From positions 1 to 64,000 of the forward strand of contig CBDBHR010000027.1 of NCBI GenBank assembly GCA_965205865.1: DNA of 64,000 nt, in the 5' to 3' direction. The translations under genes were made by a program, and so were the position numbers. Below, in pieces: positions 1 to 11,260 of this stretch. Source of the stretch: a bacterium (GTDB lineage: Bacteria > SAR324 > NAC60-12). A model generated the notes under the pieces. The model was not told where the DNA came from. It searched no databases and saw only the letters and a program-made list of their open reading frames with translations. Numbering within the stretch: the first letter of the stretch is position 1; the number at the start of each line of letters is the position of its first letter.

Positions 1-153
1 GGGAGGATCCATCGTTTTCACATCCTCCCGGGGTATTGTTCAATCGATCAAGCGGGAACCCTCCCACAGCTAATTTTGAATCAAACGAGCGGAAATCCTC
101 TCCTTCCCTGAAACAACAAGGCATGATTTCAGCACTACTACGCGGCGCAAAGC

Positions 154-408
154 CTATAGCAAGTTTGGATCAGGAGAATTGCGCAACAATGGAGGTCCGC
201 TATAAGATACATTGCGGTCCATCTTCGGCATGAGCCAAAAAGCGAATGTTCGCTCCACAACCCAGCGTTTTTTCCAACGGTGATAATGATCGTAAACGCT
301 TTGCCAGGGAGGTAAATCATGGGCAAGCATGCTCCACTGACAACCTGTTTTCAGGACATACAAAATCGCATTGACGATGCTATGTTTGCTATGAATACTT
401 TTGGCCAC
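154..408 (-). pseudogene. IS5-family transposase remnant, internally deleted
   Basis: N-terminal IVNAILYVLKTGCQW..PPWQSVYDHY is joined directly to C-terminal KRWVVERTF; in the intact paralogue at 45409-46194 these motifs are separated by the DDE core. Confidence 0.85.
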
Positions 409-958
409 GAAGGGGCGGAACGTTTAAAAAAAGGAGAGTTTCAGTAACAAGGAGGAGTCTGTGAAGCCTGTCCCGGACTTGATCCGGGGGATGTAAAGCC
501 TGAGTGAGCATCTCAAGGATGGATTTTCCCTGTTTTCTGGTAGTGGAAATAGCTCCTCGGATGGTACAAAAAGCCTGCGATCCTTCAGCAGTTCGGAAGC
601 CACCTGAGATTTTCTGTTTCAATTTAACCATGCGAATATCTCTCTCGGCTTGGTTGTTGTCAAAAGGAACTTGAAAGTCATGCATGAATAACAAGCTTTC
701 CTTTTCATAGAGGATCAAATGATCGAGTAAATTTTTTGCTTTCGTCTGTTTGGGGCGTCCTCGTTTCTTTTTTTCTGCTTCGAGAGCTTCAATACGCTTA
801 TTTTCTGTCTCGAGAACTTCAATACGTTTGAGGAGTTCTAAGCGCTCTTGCTTCCAATGCTCACGTTCTTTTTCAAAGAGTTGACATGCTTCTTGAAGAG
901 CCTCGAGCTGGGGAGTCGATGAAATGGAATCAATATATTTTTGAACTTTCGAGAGCAT
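389..958 (-). pseudogene. IS66-family transposase remnant, internally deleted
   Basis: Coiled-coil N-terminus fused to C-terminal [27 protein letters not shown]; central region absent. Confidence 0.8.
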
Positions 959-1110
959 AAAATCCTTTCTGGATTTTATGCCACGAAAAATCCCCGCCAA
1001 AATCGAAGGGGTCTCTAAAGAAAAGGGAGAATTTTCAAGAGGCCCAAGTTTTCCTGAGCAAAATTGACTTCGAGTGGGCCGGTACGCCGATGCGGGCATC
1101 CCAATGGAGG

Positions 1111-1968
1111 TTATGATGATCGTTTCGGGAAACCATCAAAGACTTCTTCAAAACTGGAAGCGCTAATGATTCGTTCTGCTAACGATTCTAATTCAGAGAC
1201 AGACAAGCCGGCAAGCCTCCTTTGGTGTGATTCCGTGAGCGGACTAAATTTTTTCTCCAGAAGTTTGACAACGAGTTGTCGGGCTTCTTGTTGGACACCT
1301 TGTTGGACACCTTGTTGAAGGCCTTCCTGTCTTAATTGCTCGGCAATGGTCATGACTACCTCTTGTGCCTTTTCTGAAACAAGTTGTTCTTGGATTTGAG
1401 GAATCACACTGGCTTTCTCTAAATGAGGATTCCCTTGGAATAAATAAAATAGCACAGTTTCCAGAGATTCCAATCCGGTTTCTTTTTGAGAGAACTCGTT
1501 GAGTAAAGGCAAAATGGTTGCGATCAGGTATTCCCGGAGATCGGGGGCATCGATATGCTTCATGAGCAAAAGCGCCACTCTCAATAACAGTTGACCTTTG
1601 ATTTCCTCATCTGGAAAGATCAATGGGATCGGTTTTTGGGGATACTGTTTTTTATGCTGTTCCCAGATATTGACCATGTACCCCAAAAGACGAAAAGGCA
1701 TTTCAGGATGAGGACGGCGTTGGTGTTCAAAATGCAGATAGAAATAACCTTTGTAAACAGAGAACCGGGTTTCATACAGCAAATCGCTGCGTCGATTGCG
1801 CAAAGCTCTTTGTACAAAATCCCCTGGCACCAAATGCATGGTGGACCAATCCATTGATTCCTTGACGTTGGCAGGAAGATATTCTTCAAAAAAGGAGCGC
1901 GCGGTCTGAAGATTACTGAACTGTCGGAGAAAGAAATTGTTATGAATCGGAGCTTTCGTTTTTGCCAT
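1111..1968 (-). CDS. Rpn/YhgA-like PD-(D/E)XK nuclease (putative transposase) with DUF4351-like C-terminus, probably internally deleted
   Basis: [46 protein letters not shown] runs straight into DEEIKG without the usual VLYHG..DLS segment. Confidence 0.8.
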   Translation of the reverse strand: MAKTKAPIHNNFFLRQFSNLQTARSFFEEYLPANVKESMDWSTMHLVPGDFVQRALRNRRSDLLYETRFSVYKGYFYLHFEHQRRPHPEMPFRLLGYMVNIWEQHKKQYPQKPIPLIFPDEEIKGQLLLRVALLLMKHIDAPDLREYLIATILPLLNEFSQKETGLESLETVLFYLFQGNPHLEKASVIPQIQEQLVSEKAQEVVMTIAEQLRQEGLQQGVQQGVQQEARQLVVKLLEKKFSPLTESHQRRLAGLSVSELESLAERIISASSFEEVFDGFPKRSS

Positions 1969-2064
1969 CAGCGGTCTCCTCCGGAGGTTGCGATCCTCCT
2001 TATAGGACCGAAGCCGACCCTTTGTCAAGCAAGGGTTTCTCCACAAAGCAAAATCCTGATCCGA

Positions 2065-2219
2065 GTTATACTCTAAACGGGTTTAAATTTCACTTTTCAA
2101 AAGAACTGTCATTCCGAGCTAAGGGGGCTGCCTAAGCAAGAATCTCATGGGAATCAAGAAGATTCTTCGGTTCCCTCAGGATGACAAAAAATGAAGAAAT
2201 CATCCGTTCACAGTATAAC
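2065..2219. repeat. MITE-like element: imperfect 16-bp terminal inverted repeats enclosing a GTCATTC..GATGAC palindrome pair
   Basis: GTTATACTCTAAACGG (2065) vs CCGTTCACAGTATAAC (2204-2219); inner gtcattccgag..aatctc / agattc..caggatgac. Confidence 0.6.
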
Positions 2220-2231
2220 CACTACAATTAA

Positions 2232-2260
2232 TTGACAGTATCCGGTTTTCCAGGTATTTT
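2232..2260 (+). promoter_or_regulatory. Putative sigma70 promoter
   Basis: TTGACA-N17-TATTTT upstream of the ORF at 2309. Confidence 0.45.
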
Positions 2261-2308
2261 GCAAATTTGATTTCATGAGTAGCAGGAAGCCTTCAGGGGG
2301 TATCGAAG

Positions 2309-2661
2309 ATGGTCAGTCGTAAAGGATTACGTTATACTGGCAAAATAGCGGCTCAGCGCGTCAAGCAGAGGCAGTTACGTGAGACCCATAAACAATCGAT
2401 TCGCGAGGGGAGTTTTGAGGAAAACATGCCTCCACCGATGGCCCCCTCGCTCTTCTCGGATATCGCAGCGAGCTATTGGCATTGTTTAGCCTCGGTAAAG
2501 GAACCAAAGCCCATGTCTCTCTACTCGATTATGTTTGTAACACTTTATGGGCACCCGTCTTTGAGCCCTATTGGGAGCATGAGCCCATCTCATGCCGTAT
2601 TCAATTCTTTAAAGATCATCCCGAATACAACCCTATACAAATAATTAATAGTAGTGATTAA
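2309..2661 (+). CDS. Small hypothetical protein, apparently split by a one-base frameshift near 2421
   Basis: Overlapping ORFs 2309-2644 and 2476-2661 join if one A is added to gaggaaaacat. Confidence 0.35.
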
Positions 2662-2732
2662 CTCGGATGGTAATTTACTTTCCTAAGGCTGAAATCATAG
2701 TAAAAATTTCAACTATCAATGAGAGACGGAAA

Positions 2733-2906
2733 ATGACTGCTTTGCTAAAGAAAGCCTTTGAAATTATCAGAAAGAGACCTGCAGCTCAACAAGACGCTAT
2801 TGCAGTCTTTTTAAGTGAGCATCTTGAACAAATTGTTGAGCAGGCGAAGGAACAGACACCCGCAATTCACTCGGGCAAGGAAGAGGACCCATGGAGTGAA
2901 AGATAA
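2733..2906 (+). CDS. Small hypothetical protein (antitoxin-like MTALLKKAF..QQDAIA)
   Basis: N-terminal pattern resembles small TA-associated proteins. Confidence 0.4.
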   Translation: MTALLKKAFEIIRKRPAAQQDAIAVFLSEHLEQIVEQAKEQTPAIHSGKEEDPWSER

Positions 2907-2928
2907 TCTGATAAAGAAAATATAAAAA

Positions 2929-4314
2929 ATGAATTATCAGGAGAGGGAATACGAGGATATTCTGCAGCGATTGGAAGAATGTGGCAGTTATGAAATTTCC
3001 GCCTCTCCCCGCGATATCAGCAAGCTCAGTGGTATTCGGCATCTATTGTCTGATTTGGGAGATCCGCATCGCGCCTTTAGAATCATCCATATTGCAGGAA
3101 GCACGGGGAAAGGGCTGACCGGGGCGATGTTGGCCGCCGTTCTGCGGCAGGAAGGATGGCGATGCGGTTGTTACAGTTCGCCTCATGTTGTTGATATTCG
3201 AGAGCGGATTGCGCTGAATGGGCGATGGATTCCCAAAGAAAGCTTTGCGCAGGGCGCTCGTAAAGTATTTGCGCAAGTCGACGTTTATGCCGGACAGATC
3301 TATTTATCCTACTTCGACATCTTGACTGCCATTGCTTTTCTTGCATTTCAAGAGGCAAATGTCCAATGGGTCGTACTGGAAACCGGATTGGGCGGCAAGG
3401 CCGATTCAACCAATGTCACAGAAAAAGAACTGTGCATCCTGACTCGCATCGGCTTTGATCATGTCAACGTTCTGGGAGAAACTTTGGAGGCGATTGCGGA
3501 AGAAAAACTGGGAATCGTCCGAAAAGGCATTCCCACGGTCCTGGCGGTCCAACAGGTGGAACTGCAACCCTGGTTGATCAAACAGTTGGAACAAAGACAA
3601 AGCCCTATGATTGATGCAGGAGCAATGTCGATTGAAAGAAAGAAGAATGGCAGCTATCGATTCCACTGGCCGGGCCAGGAAAGCGTTAGTTGCAATCTAC
3701 CACGTCAACAAGAAACGTTGCCCTATCTGGAATGCCTGAGGACGGTTTTGATGGCGTCTGACGTCCTTTTCCCCACGGCGTCCGGAGAGCAGCGACGCGG
3801 ATGGGTCCACGCTGCTGCCGGCATCAAACTTCCCGGACGGTTGGAATACTGTGAAAACGTGAAAGGGCTGCATGAAAATTCATGCTTTTCCCAAATCATT
3901 TTTGACGGCGGGCACAACGCTGCGGCCTTGCAAGCGCTCGCCGATCAATTGAAGCGCTGGCGGATTGAAAATTACGTATTGGTGCTGGGATTTGCCAAAG
4001 ACAAGTTGATCAATCCATTGAAAGAGACATTGAAGCAATTGTGCGGGCGTGCATCTCGGATCATAGCCACGCGCGCACAATCCCCTCGCGCAGCGTCTCC
4101 TGAAGAACTCAGTGACTTTCTTCTCTCCACGTGGGAAGGAGCTCCCGGCTTCCCTCTCATTGAATTGCAACCCACCGTGGGAAAAACCTTGGAACGATTG
4201 CGCACGAGGCAGGAGGAACCCATCGTGGTTTGTGGTTCATTCTATCTGTTGGGTGAGTTTTTCCGGTTGTTGGGCTTAGGAAGAGAATCCAGGAAACCGA
4301 GACGCATTCCGTAA
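2929..4314 (+). CDS. folC: Folylpolyglutamate/dihydrofolate synthase
   Basis: IHIAGSTGKG, SSPHVVDIRERI, LETGLGG, DGGHN, CGSFYLLGE. Confidence 0.92.
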   Translation: MNYQEREYEDILQRLEECGSYEISASPRDISKLSGIRHLLSDLGDPHRAFRIIHIAGSTGKGLTGAMLAAVLRQEGWRCGCYSSPHVVDIRERIALNGRWIPKESFAQGARKVFAQVDVYAGQIYLSYFDILTAIAFLAFQEANVQWVVLETGLGGKADSTNVTEKELCILTRIGFDHVNVLGETLEAIAEEKLGIVRKGIPTVLAVQQVELQPWLIKQLEQRQSPMIDAGAMSIERKKNGSYRFHWPGQESVSCNLPRQQETLPYLECLRTVLMASDVLFPTASGEQRRGWVHAAAGIKLPGRLEYCENVKGLHENSCFSQIIFDGGHNAAALQALADQLKRWRIENYVLVLGFAKDKLINPLKETLKQLCGRASRIIATRAQSPRAASPEELSDFLLSTWEGAPGFPLIELQPTVGKTLERLRTRQEEPIVVCGSFYLLGEFFRLLGLGRESRKPRRIP

Positions 4315-4340
4315 AACAGAATGGGTGAATGAAGAATCCT

Positions 4341-6593
4341 TCAACCAACCGGCAGTTCAATGGAAAAACAGGAGCCGCCCGTGACGACGTTTTGATGCCG
4401 GATGAAGCCGTTGTGATCCGAGATAATCTGGGCCGCAATGCTCAATCCCAGACCGGTACCGTGCTTTTGGGTGGTGATGTAGGGTTCAAACAAGCGAGGT
4501 TGGATTTCGGCAGGGACTCCGGTTCCCGTATCGATGACTTCTGTCAGCACGATATTGTATTCGGAATCAAACCGTGTGGAAATGTTGATTTCTCCTTCTT
4601 CGGCAATGGCTGCCAGCGCGTTGTCGATCAAGTTGATGAAGACCCGCTTCATTTGTTCATGATCCAGAGAAAAACGAGGCAGGTGGTGGTCCAAATCGGT
4701 CACCAGGCGTATTTTCTCAGAAATGGCATTGCGGTAAAGTTGTACGGCTTCTTCTATGGTGGAATTCAAACTGTCGGGTTGTAAATTGGATTCGGGCAGG
4801 CGGGCAAAACTGGAGAATTCCTTGACCATCGTTTTGAGCATTTCTACTTCCTGGATGATGGTCCGGGTGGCTTGATCCAACACCCCGACATCCGGAAACT
4901 GTTTGAGGTATTTTCGCCGAATGCGTTGAGCGGAGAGCTGGATCGGGGTGAGGGGGTTTTTGATTTCATGAGCGATGCGCCGCGCTACGTCCCGCCAGGC
5001 TCGCGCACGCTGCAGTCGTTGTATTTCGGTGACATTTTCATAGACCGAGATCATTCCCACTCGCTGTTTTTCGCGGTTCTCCAGAGGAAGGAGCGTGATT
5101 GAAAGCTGGAGGGGCGCGTCATTTTTAATGATGGACAATTCCCGGGAGACGGGTTTTTCCGCTTTGGATTGCATCTCTTGGGACATCTCCTCGAGCAGTA
5201 TCAGAGATTCCTTGTCCAGAACTTCACGGTAGTGCCGTTCCTCATAGTTGATTTTTTTCAGTTGCAACATACTTTTCGCGGCGCGATTGAGGCTGTTGAT
5301 TCGTCCTTCCATATCCAGAGAGACAACACCGGTTTTGACGTTTTCCAGAACCAGATCAACGAAACGGCTGTGCTCTTCCAGATCCCGGTGACTTATTTGC
5401 AGATGTGCCGTGGCCCTTTCCAAAGCCAGTTGGTTTTCTTGAAGCTGCTGGCTCATGGAATTGAAAGAATGCACCAGTTGACCGAAATCACGGTCCAAGG
5501 GTTTTCCCTTTCCGGCAACCACTTGATAGCCCAATTCTCCCTGAGCAACCCGCTGAGTGGCTTCGGCCAGTTGTTCTATGGGACGGACAAAACCTCCCGC
5601 CAGGTAAAAAGCAAACCAGGTGGCTACAAAGACGATGAGAAAAACCATCAGCAACAGACTGATGACATAGTAATTCTTGATCAATTCTTCGGACTCCATC
5701 AGCACCTGGGTGTTGATCTTTTGTTCATCCAGGTCATCCAGGGCGTCGCTGATTCTTTTGGAATCGACGTAAAGCACTTCAATGAAGTAGGTATTCCCGG
5801 CAACCCCCACCTTGCGCAAATGACGGTACATCAACCCGTATTCCAGATTTTCAGAAAGGGTAACTTGGGGTTGATCGAGGATTTGTTCCCACTCCGTGGC
5901 AGTCAGGGGTTTCCAATATTCCTGTGCCTGCCGGGTACGCAAGGACTGAAAAACAGGATCGAATGCTTGGGAGTATATGGTGACGCCTGCGGAATCTCCC
6001 TGCTCGATGATATCCTTCAAGCGCTCGGGCGTTCGGAGGATCTCGGGATTGCTCACGAAGGTATTTTCCACGGCCCATCCCTGGGTTCGCATCAGTTGCC
6101 GCAAGTTCAGGTAGTAAGCTTGTGAAACGGTCTGGGCGTTTTGAATCGTTGCTTCCCGCTGGCGGGACATCCAGGATTCCAAAGTGGAATAGGTGAAAAG
6201 GGTTGAAAAGAGATGAGAGAGGGTGGCGGGGAAGGAGATGAGGATGAACGCGATGATCAACTTGGTTTTGAGAGTGACTCCCAATACTTGCCGGTGGCGT
6301 TCAAAAAGGAGCTTGAGCAGGTTTTTTAAAATCAGGTAGAAAACCAGGACCAGCAAGACGATATTGACGTTGATGGCCACGAAGATGCTCAACTTGGAAT
6401 TGATGGCTTCCCAACTGGTGAACCCGTGTTGCAGGTCGAAATAAATGAGGAAAACAATACAGAAAACCAGTGCGAATATGCCGAAGAGACGGCTACGGAT
6501 TTCCGGAGAAACCTGCTGCAGAAAATTCCACTTCTTTATCATGTCCAACTGCATGTCAAATTCCGAAACAAAAGGTTGACATCGAGCCTTCAA
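4341..6593 (-). CDS. NtrY-like membrane sensor histidine kinase (HAMP-PAS-HisKA-HATPase)
   Basis: AWRDVARRIAHEIKNPLTPIQLSA, NLIDNA, DTGTG, GTGLGL; N-terminal TM helices. Confidence 0.9.
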   Translation of the reverse strand: MKARCQPFVSEFDMQLDMIKKWNFLQQVSPEIRSRLFGIFALVFCIVFLIYFDLQHGFTSWEAINSKLSIFVAINVNIVLLVLVFYLILKNLLKLLFERHRQVLGVTLKTKLIIAFILISFPATLSHLFSTLFTYSTLESWMSRQREATIQNAQTVSQAYYLNLRQLMRTQGWAVENTFVSNPEILRTPERLKDIIEQGDSAGVTIYSQAFDPVFQSLRTRQAQEYWKPLTATEWEQILDQPQVTLSENLEYGLMYRHLRKVGVAGNTYFIEVLYVDSKRISDALDDLDEQKINTQVLMESEELIKNYYVISLLLMVFLIVFVATWFAFYLAGGFVRPIEQLAEATQRVAQGELGYQVVAGKGKPLDRDFGQLVHSFNSMSQQLQENQLALERATAHLQISHRDLEEHSRFVDLVLENVKTGVVSLDMEGRINSLNRAAKSMLQLKKINYEERHYREVLDKESLILLEEMSQEMQSKAEKPVSRELSIIKNDAPLQLSITLLPLENREKQRVGMISVYENVTEIQRLQRARAWRDVARRIAHEIKNPLTPIQLSAQRIRRKYLKQFPDVGVLDQATRTIIQEVEMLKTMVKEFSSFARLPESNLQPDSLNSTIEEAVQLYRNAISEKIRLVTDLDHHLPRFSLDHEQMKRVFINLIDNALAAIAEEGEINISTRFDSEYNIVLTEVIDTGTGVPAEIQPRLFEPYITTQKHGTGLGLSIAAQIISDHNGFIRHQNVVTGGSCFSIELPVG

Positions 6594-6649
6594 ACCAGTG
6601 GGGGACGCCGAGCGGTTTCCGTGTTACTAATTGAGTTAAGCGTCATTTT

Positions 6650-7228
6650 TCAGTTCAACCAGGGGAGGAGGGCTTGCCAGATCTCATGACGTCCCACCCT
6701 TTTTATCGACGAATGCATGACTGGTGATGCTGAAAGTCCCATTGGCATTTCAATGTTTTTCAAGTGCTTGGGCACTTGACTTCGTTTCAATTTATCCACC
6801 TTATTGGCGACGATCAGGATTGGAATTTGATAGTGGCTCAGCCATTGTTGCAACTGCAAATCCTCTGCCGTGGGACCATGCCGGATGTCGATAATCAAAA
6901 TGACGCCATTCAGGCAAGCGCGCTGTGAAAGATAGCTTTCCACCAGTTCTTGCCATTGATGTTGCATCGCGCGTGGCACATTTGCAAAACCATAACCCGG
7001 TAAATCCACCAGAGAGAATTCATCGTTGATCAGGAAAAAATTTATCAGGCGAGTTTTTCCGGGAACTGAACTGGTTTTGACTAAATGTTTCCGGTTCAGC
7101 AATGAATTGATCAAGGTGGACTTGCCTACGTTGGATTTTCCGGCAAAGGCAATTTCAGCATATTTGGTTTGAGGAAATTGCTGCTGCGCGGCAGCGCTGA
7201 TGATAAATTTTGCAGAACTGATTTTCAT
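6650..7228 (-). CDS. yihA: Ribosome biogenesis GTPase YihA/YsxC (EngB)
   Basis: FAGKSNVGKSTLINSL, PGKTRLINFF, DLPGYGFA, NKVDK. Confidence 0.95.
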   Translation of the reverse strand: MKISSAKFIISAAAQQQFPQTKYAEIAFAGKSNVGKSTLINSLLNRKHLVKTSSVPGKTRLINFFLINDEFSLVDLPGYGFANVPRAMQHQWQELVESYLSQRACLNGVILIIDIRHGPTAEDLQLQQWLSHYQIPILIVANKVDKLKRSQVPKHLKNIEMPMGLSASPVMHSSIKRVGRHEIWQALLPWLN

Positions 7229-7289
7229 GATTGTTTTGCGCAACAACACCCTTGCATGAATTGTCTCCGCCGTCGACTATGTCTGAAAC

Positions 7290-8195
7290 TCAAGGAGGAT
7301 CGCTGGAATTCTCAGCGTTGTTCTCCGGTGATTCCTGAGCATCGTTGACGAGCAGATTCGCTACGGCATTAAAAAGAGTCTTTTCTTCCAGGGATGCGTG
7401 CGTCAGTTTGAGATCGAAGTAAAGCAGGACCATGATGATGGCAGAAAAGGGATAGAGCACTATAAATCCTAAATATTGAGACCAACGCAGCGCTTGTAAG
7501 GTCTGCGGAGACTGTAAAAACGCTACCAATTGCTGCATGTCTTCCAGTTGTTCTGTAGACTGTATTTCGAAATCGGGTAAAAAAGTAAGGAAAAACAGGC
7601 TGAACAAGACCAATTTCAATGCGCCCAACAGGACGATAGTGATGATGGTTTTTGAAGAGTTGCTGCGCACCAGTCGAAAACTAGCCATCAACGCTCGGAA
7701 CCCTCGCTCTCCTTCCGCAATGTAAATGATCTGAGAAAAGGCAAAAACAAATATGCTGACCATCAGGAAAAAAAAGAGGATCATGTTGAGCGGAGAACCA
7801 AAAACCGCAAACATGGACCCTGTCAGAAAAATAACAAACTGCAGAATCGCGATGTGAATGGCACCCAGTCCCAAGCGGGATGAGCCGATTTTGAGAATTC
7901 CCATAATAGGAAAAATGGGTTGGAACATCAAAGTGATGATTCCCAGAGCCATCGCCGCTTCTGTCAGACGGATCATGATGAAAAAGACGATGTGCTCTAT
8001 CTCGATTTGTAACAAACCCATCACAAAAGAAGGGATGAGAAGCACCAAGGTCAGCAGGACGATGGGGATGAGGTTCGTTCTGTAAATTCGCAATCCTAAA
8101 GTAAAACACTGCAGCACGGAATGCCGTTGTAATAACTCTTCTTTCATGAAAGTTGTTCTCAAAGGGGTTCGGCCGTCGGTTTGTTGAAGAGTCAT
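7290..8195 (-). CDS. Hypothetical multi-pass membrane protein
   Basis: About 6 hydrophobic segments; long ORF co-oriented with yihA. Confidence 0.75.
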   Translation of the reverse strand: MTLQQTDGRTPLRTTFMKEELLQRHSVLQCFTLGLRIYRTNLIPIVLLTLVLLIPSFVMGLLQIEIEHIVFFIMIRLTEAAMALGIITLMFQPIFPIMGILKIGSSRLGLGAIHIAILQFVIFLTGSMFAVFGSPLNMILFFFLMVSIFVFAFSQIIYIAEGERGFRALMASFRLVRSNSSKTIITIVLLGALKLVLFSLFFLTFLPDFEIQSTEQLEDMQQLVAFLQSPQTLQALRWSQYLGFIVLYPFSAIIMVLLYFDLKLTHASLEEKTLFNAVANLLVNDAQESPENNAENSSDPP

Positions 8196-8389
8196 GTCAT
8201 GATGACTCGAGTGTATTTTCAGACAAGTGTAACTGAGAGCATGAAACTTTTCAATGGATGATTGATGATGGCAAGGAATTTATAGTAAAATCAAAGCCAT
8301 CATTACAAGTTGAAGAATGAGATAATATACCGGGAGCCATGCCGCTTGGTCGTTATCGCATTCGACATCACTATGCCGAGAGGAGAAAA

Positions 8390-8956
8390 ATGAATCGGGA
8401 CACCATCGATATTTTGACGCCCCAGGGATATCTGTCGGATATCCAAAAAAATCCCAACCTGGACGTGGTCATGAATCTGTTCAAGATTCCACGGGCATTC
8501 ACCGTTTCAGGTTTTGGAAACTGGACCGTTGGGCAGCATTGTTTTTGTACGGCATTCCTGGCACTCTACTGGGCTCGATTTCGGGAGTACGAAGAAGCCA
8601 GACGCAATCAACTGATTGTGATGGCATTGACCCATGATCTCCATGAATCCGCAACCGGTGATATCCTGCCTGCTTTGAAAAATAAAAGATTGCGGGAACA
8701 ACTCGATACGGTACAGCAGGCATTTTTGCAAGGCCTCCACATTGAAGAAAACCCGGAATTGAGAGTGGATTTGAAAATCCTGGATATCATTGCCTTTATG
8801 TACGAGATTCAACAGGCTCAGACCATCAATCTGGAACAGAAAAATTCGTTGCAGGAGTTTTTTTTGAAGCAGAAAGGGATTTTGTCGACCTTCTGCCAAA
8901 ACCATGGCGTTGACGATATTGATGGTTTTCTGCGGCAACTGGCGGTTTTCAAGTAG
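8390..8956 (+). CDS. HD-domain phosphohydrolase (YfbR-like)
   Basis: TVGQHCF, ALTHDLHESATGDI; AGGAG RBS before ATG 8390. Confidence 0.8.
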   Translation: MNRDTIDILTPQGYLSDIQKNPNLDVVMNLFKIPRAFTVSGFGNWTVGQHCFCTAFLALYWARFREYEEARRNQLIVMALTHDLHESATGDILPALKNKRLREQLDTVQQAFLQGLHIEENPELRVDLKILDIIAFMYEIQQAQTINLEQKNSLQEFFLKQKGILSTFCQNHGVDDIDGFLRQLAVFK

Positions 8957-8961
8957 AAAAT

Positions 8962-10401
8962 TCAGCGTGGAAGAATTGTCTCCAAATCGCAGTGGGTTTC
9001 CAAGGATGCGGCCAACTGGTCCAATTGTCGTTGCTTTTCTTCAAAATAATCACCTCGGACCTTGAAACTGGAATCCACCAGATTGATGACGCGTTGGGCA
9101 ACCTCGGTGTGGTCGAAAAAGCCGTGAAGGTAGGTGCCCAACAATTTCTTTTCCTCAAGGAAAATACACGTATTCGGTTCTTCCAGAACTTGCGCTATGC
9201 GGGAATCGTAGAGCTGCGAGGTCCCCATGTGGATCTCATAAGCGGAGCAGGTGATCCCGTGGAGAAAGTCTCTTCCGTGATAATGCCGGTTTTTGAGGAC
9301 TTTTTCTTTTCCAATGCGGGTCTCCATGTCGATGAATCCCAATCCTTCGATTTGTGAGACGGGGCTTTCAATGCCCTGAGGATCGGCAATGCGGCGCCCC
9401 AACATTTGAAAACCTCCACAAATGCCGAGGATCAGTTTGTGACCGAAAAGACTCTGCAGTTTTCCGAATAAACCACTCTGCTTCAAAAAGAGGAGATCGG
9501 AAATCGTGTTTTTGCTTCCAGGAAGAATGATCAGGTCCATCTCGTCGAGGGAATCGGGCGTTGTCACGAAATGCAGGGATATTTCGTCCAGGATCTTGAA
9601 AGGGGCGAAATCCGTGAAGTTTGATATATATGGAAAGCGCACCACCGCAATTTTGAAACGGGCATTTTTCCTGGGTCGAGAGGCAATACCCTGGGAATCT
9701 TCTTCGTCCAAATCCAGTGTCATGAAAGGCAGAGTGCCCACGATTTTGACGGGCACCATCCGGGCAAACATATCGATTCCGGGTTGCAGCAGCGTTTCGT
9801 CCCCTCTGAATTTATTGATGATAAAACCTTTGATGAGAGGCTTGTAAACGTCCTCTATCAAATCATAGGTTCCTTTCAGCCAGGCAAAGACGCCTCCCCG
9901 GTCGATATCACCGATAACAAAGACCGAGGCTTGGGCGTAAGCTGCGATTTTCATGTTGGTCATATCGGTTTTTTGCAAATTGATTTCGGCCGGGCTTCCT
10001 GCGCCTTCCATGACGATGTAGTCATACTCCCGGGTGAGTGTATCAAATGCTTTTTTCACAATTTGAAAGTTCTCCTCGAAAAGCTCGTAGTATTCCCGGG
10101 CTTGAAAACTGCCCACTGTCTTTCCCAGACGAATCAGTTGAGAACGGTGGTTGCCCTGGGGCTTGAGCAGAATCGGATTCATGTGAACGTCGGGAAGGAT
10201 ACGGGCTGCTTCTGCCTGGAGGAACTGGGCCCTGCCCATTTCCAGACCATCGGGTGTCACTCCGGAGTTCAAGGCCATATTCTGCCCCTTGAAGGGAGCC
10301 ACTCTTTTCCCTCGGTTGGCCAACAAACGGCAGAAGCCGGCAACCAGAATGCTTTTACCGACCCCCGATCCGGTTCCCTGAAACATCAAAACTTTGCTCA
10401 T
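8962..10401 (-). CDS. cobQ: Cobyric acid synthase
   Basis: QGTGSGVGKS, PFKGQNMALNS, EGAGSPAEINL, ISNFTDF, GICGGFQMLG, GTYLHG. Confidence 0.95.
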   Translation of the reverse strand: MSKVLMFQGTGSGVGKSILVAGFCRLLANRGKRVAPFKGQNMALNSGVTPDGLEMGRAQFLQAEAARILPDVHMNPILLKPQGNHRSQLIRLGKTVGSFQAREYYELFEENFQIVKKAFDTLTREYDYIVMEGAGSPAEINLQKTDMTNMKIAAYAQASVFVIGDIDRGGVFAWLKGTYDLIEDVYKPLIKGFIINKFRGDETLLQPGIDMFARMVPVKIVGTLPFMTLDLDEEDSQGIASRPRKNARFKIAVVRFPYISNFTDFAPFKILDEISLHFVTTPDSLDEMDLIILPGSKNTISDLLFLKQSGLFGKLQSLFGHKLILGICGGFQMLGRRIADPQGIESPVSQIEGLGFIDMETRIGKEKVLKNRHYHGRDFLHGITCSAYEIHMGTSQLYDSRIAQVLEEPNTCIFLEEKKLLGTYLHGFFDHTEVAQRVINLVDSSFKVRGDYFEEKQRQLDQLAASLETHCDLETILPR

Positions 10402-10539
10402 TTCTTTTATCAATCCTCAGTGAACGTGTTTTTTGACTTGACCTCTATGGTATTATTGCCTGATGTTTTGAAATTATGTCAATACCAAAAGGGCGGTCCC
10501 TCACTAAATTCATTTTCTGGAATATGAGAAAGGAACGAT

Positions 10540-11148
10540 ATGGCATCGAAGGTTGAGTATTATTTTGATTTCGGCAGTCCCAATGCTTACTTGTCGCATC
10601 TGGTCATTCCCTCCATTGAAGCGCGTTGCGGCGTAAAATTCGAGTATATTCCCATTCTTTTAGGAGGGGTTTTTAAAATGACCAACAATCTGCCTCCGAT
10701 AATGGCTTTCAAAGAGGTCAGGAACAAGCTGGAGTATCTGCAACTGGAAACAGAACGTTTTATCAAAAAACACGAAATAACGGACTATCAATTCAATCCT
10801 CACTTCCCGGTCAACACCTTGCAAGTCATGCGGGGTGCCATTGTTGCCGGCATGCATGGTTATTTTGATAAATATGTGGATGAAGTCTTTCACCACATGT
10901 GGGCTGAACCGAAAAAGATGGATGATCCGCAAGTGATCCAAACTGCCTTGGAATCTTCCGCATTGCCGGCACTGCAGATTTTGGAAGGCATTCAACAACC
11001 TGAAGTAAAACGGCAATTGCTTAAAAACAGCGAATCTCTTGTCAGCAAAGGAGGCTTTGGCGCGCCCAGTTTCTTTATTGGAAACAATCTCTATTTCGGG
11101 AAGAATTGCCTGCCTGAAATCGAAGAAACAATCCGTTCGCATTCATGA
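10540..11148 (+). CDS. 2-hydroxychromene-2-carboxylate isomerase / kappa-GST (DsbA-like)
   Basis: YYFDFGSPNAYL, GGFGAPSFF, YFGKN. Confidence 0.88.
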   Translation: MASKVEYYFDFGSPNAYLSHLVIPSIEARCGVKFEYIPILLGGVFKMTNNLPPIMAFKEVRNKLEYLQLETERFIKKHEITDYQFNPHFPVNTLQVMRGAIVAGMHGYFDKYVDEVFHHMWAEPKKMDDPQVIQTALESSALPALQILEGIQQPEVKRQLLKNSESLVSKGGFGAPSFFIGNNLYFGKNCLPEIEETIRSHS

Positions 11149-11260
11149 AAATGTCCTTTTAAATCCTGAATACCATTGCCGGAAGGAAGGATCTTATTTT
11201 CGTTGCAAAATCGATTAGTGGATATAAAATCAAGCGAAAAAAATTGTAAGATGCCTTGGA

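Noticed and set aside
5169-6125. Long antisense ORFs (also 9784+, 27729+, 31086+, 36317+, 55570-, 58038-)
   Set aside because: They lie opposite well-supported genes and show no recognisable motifs
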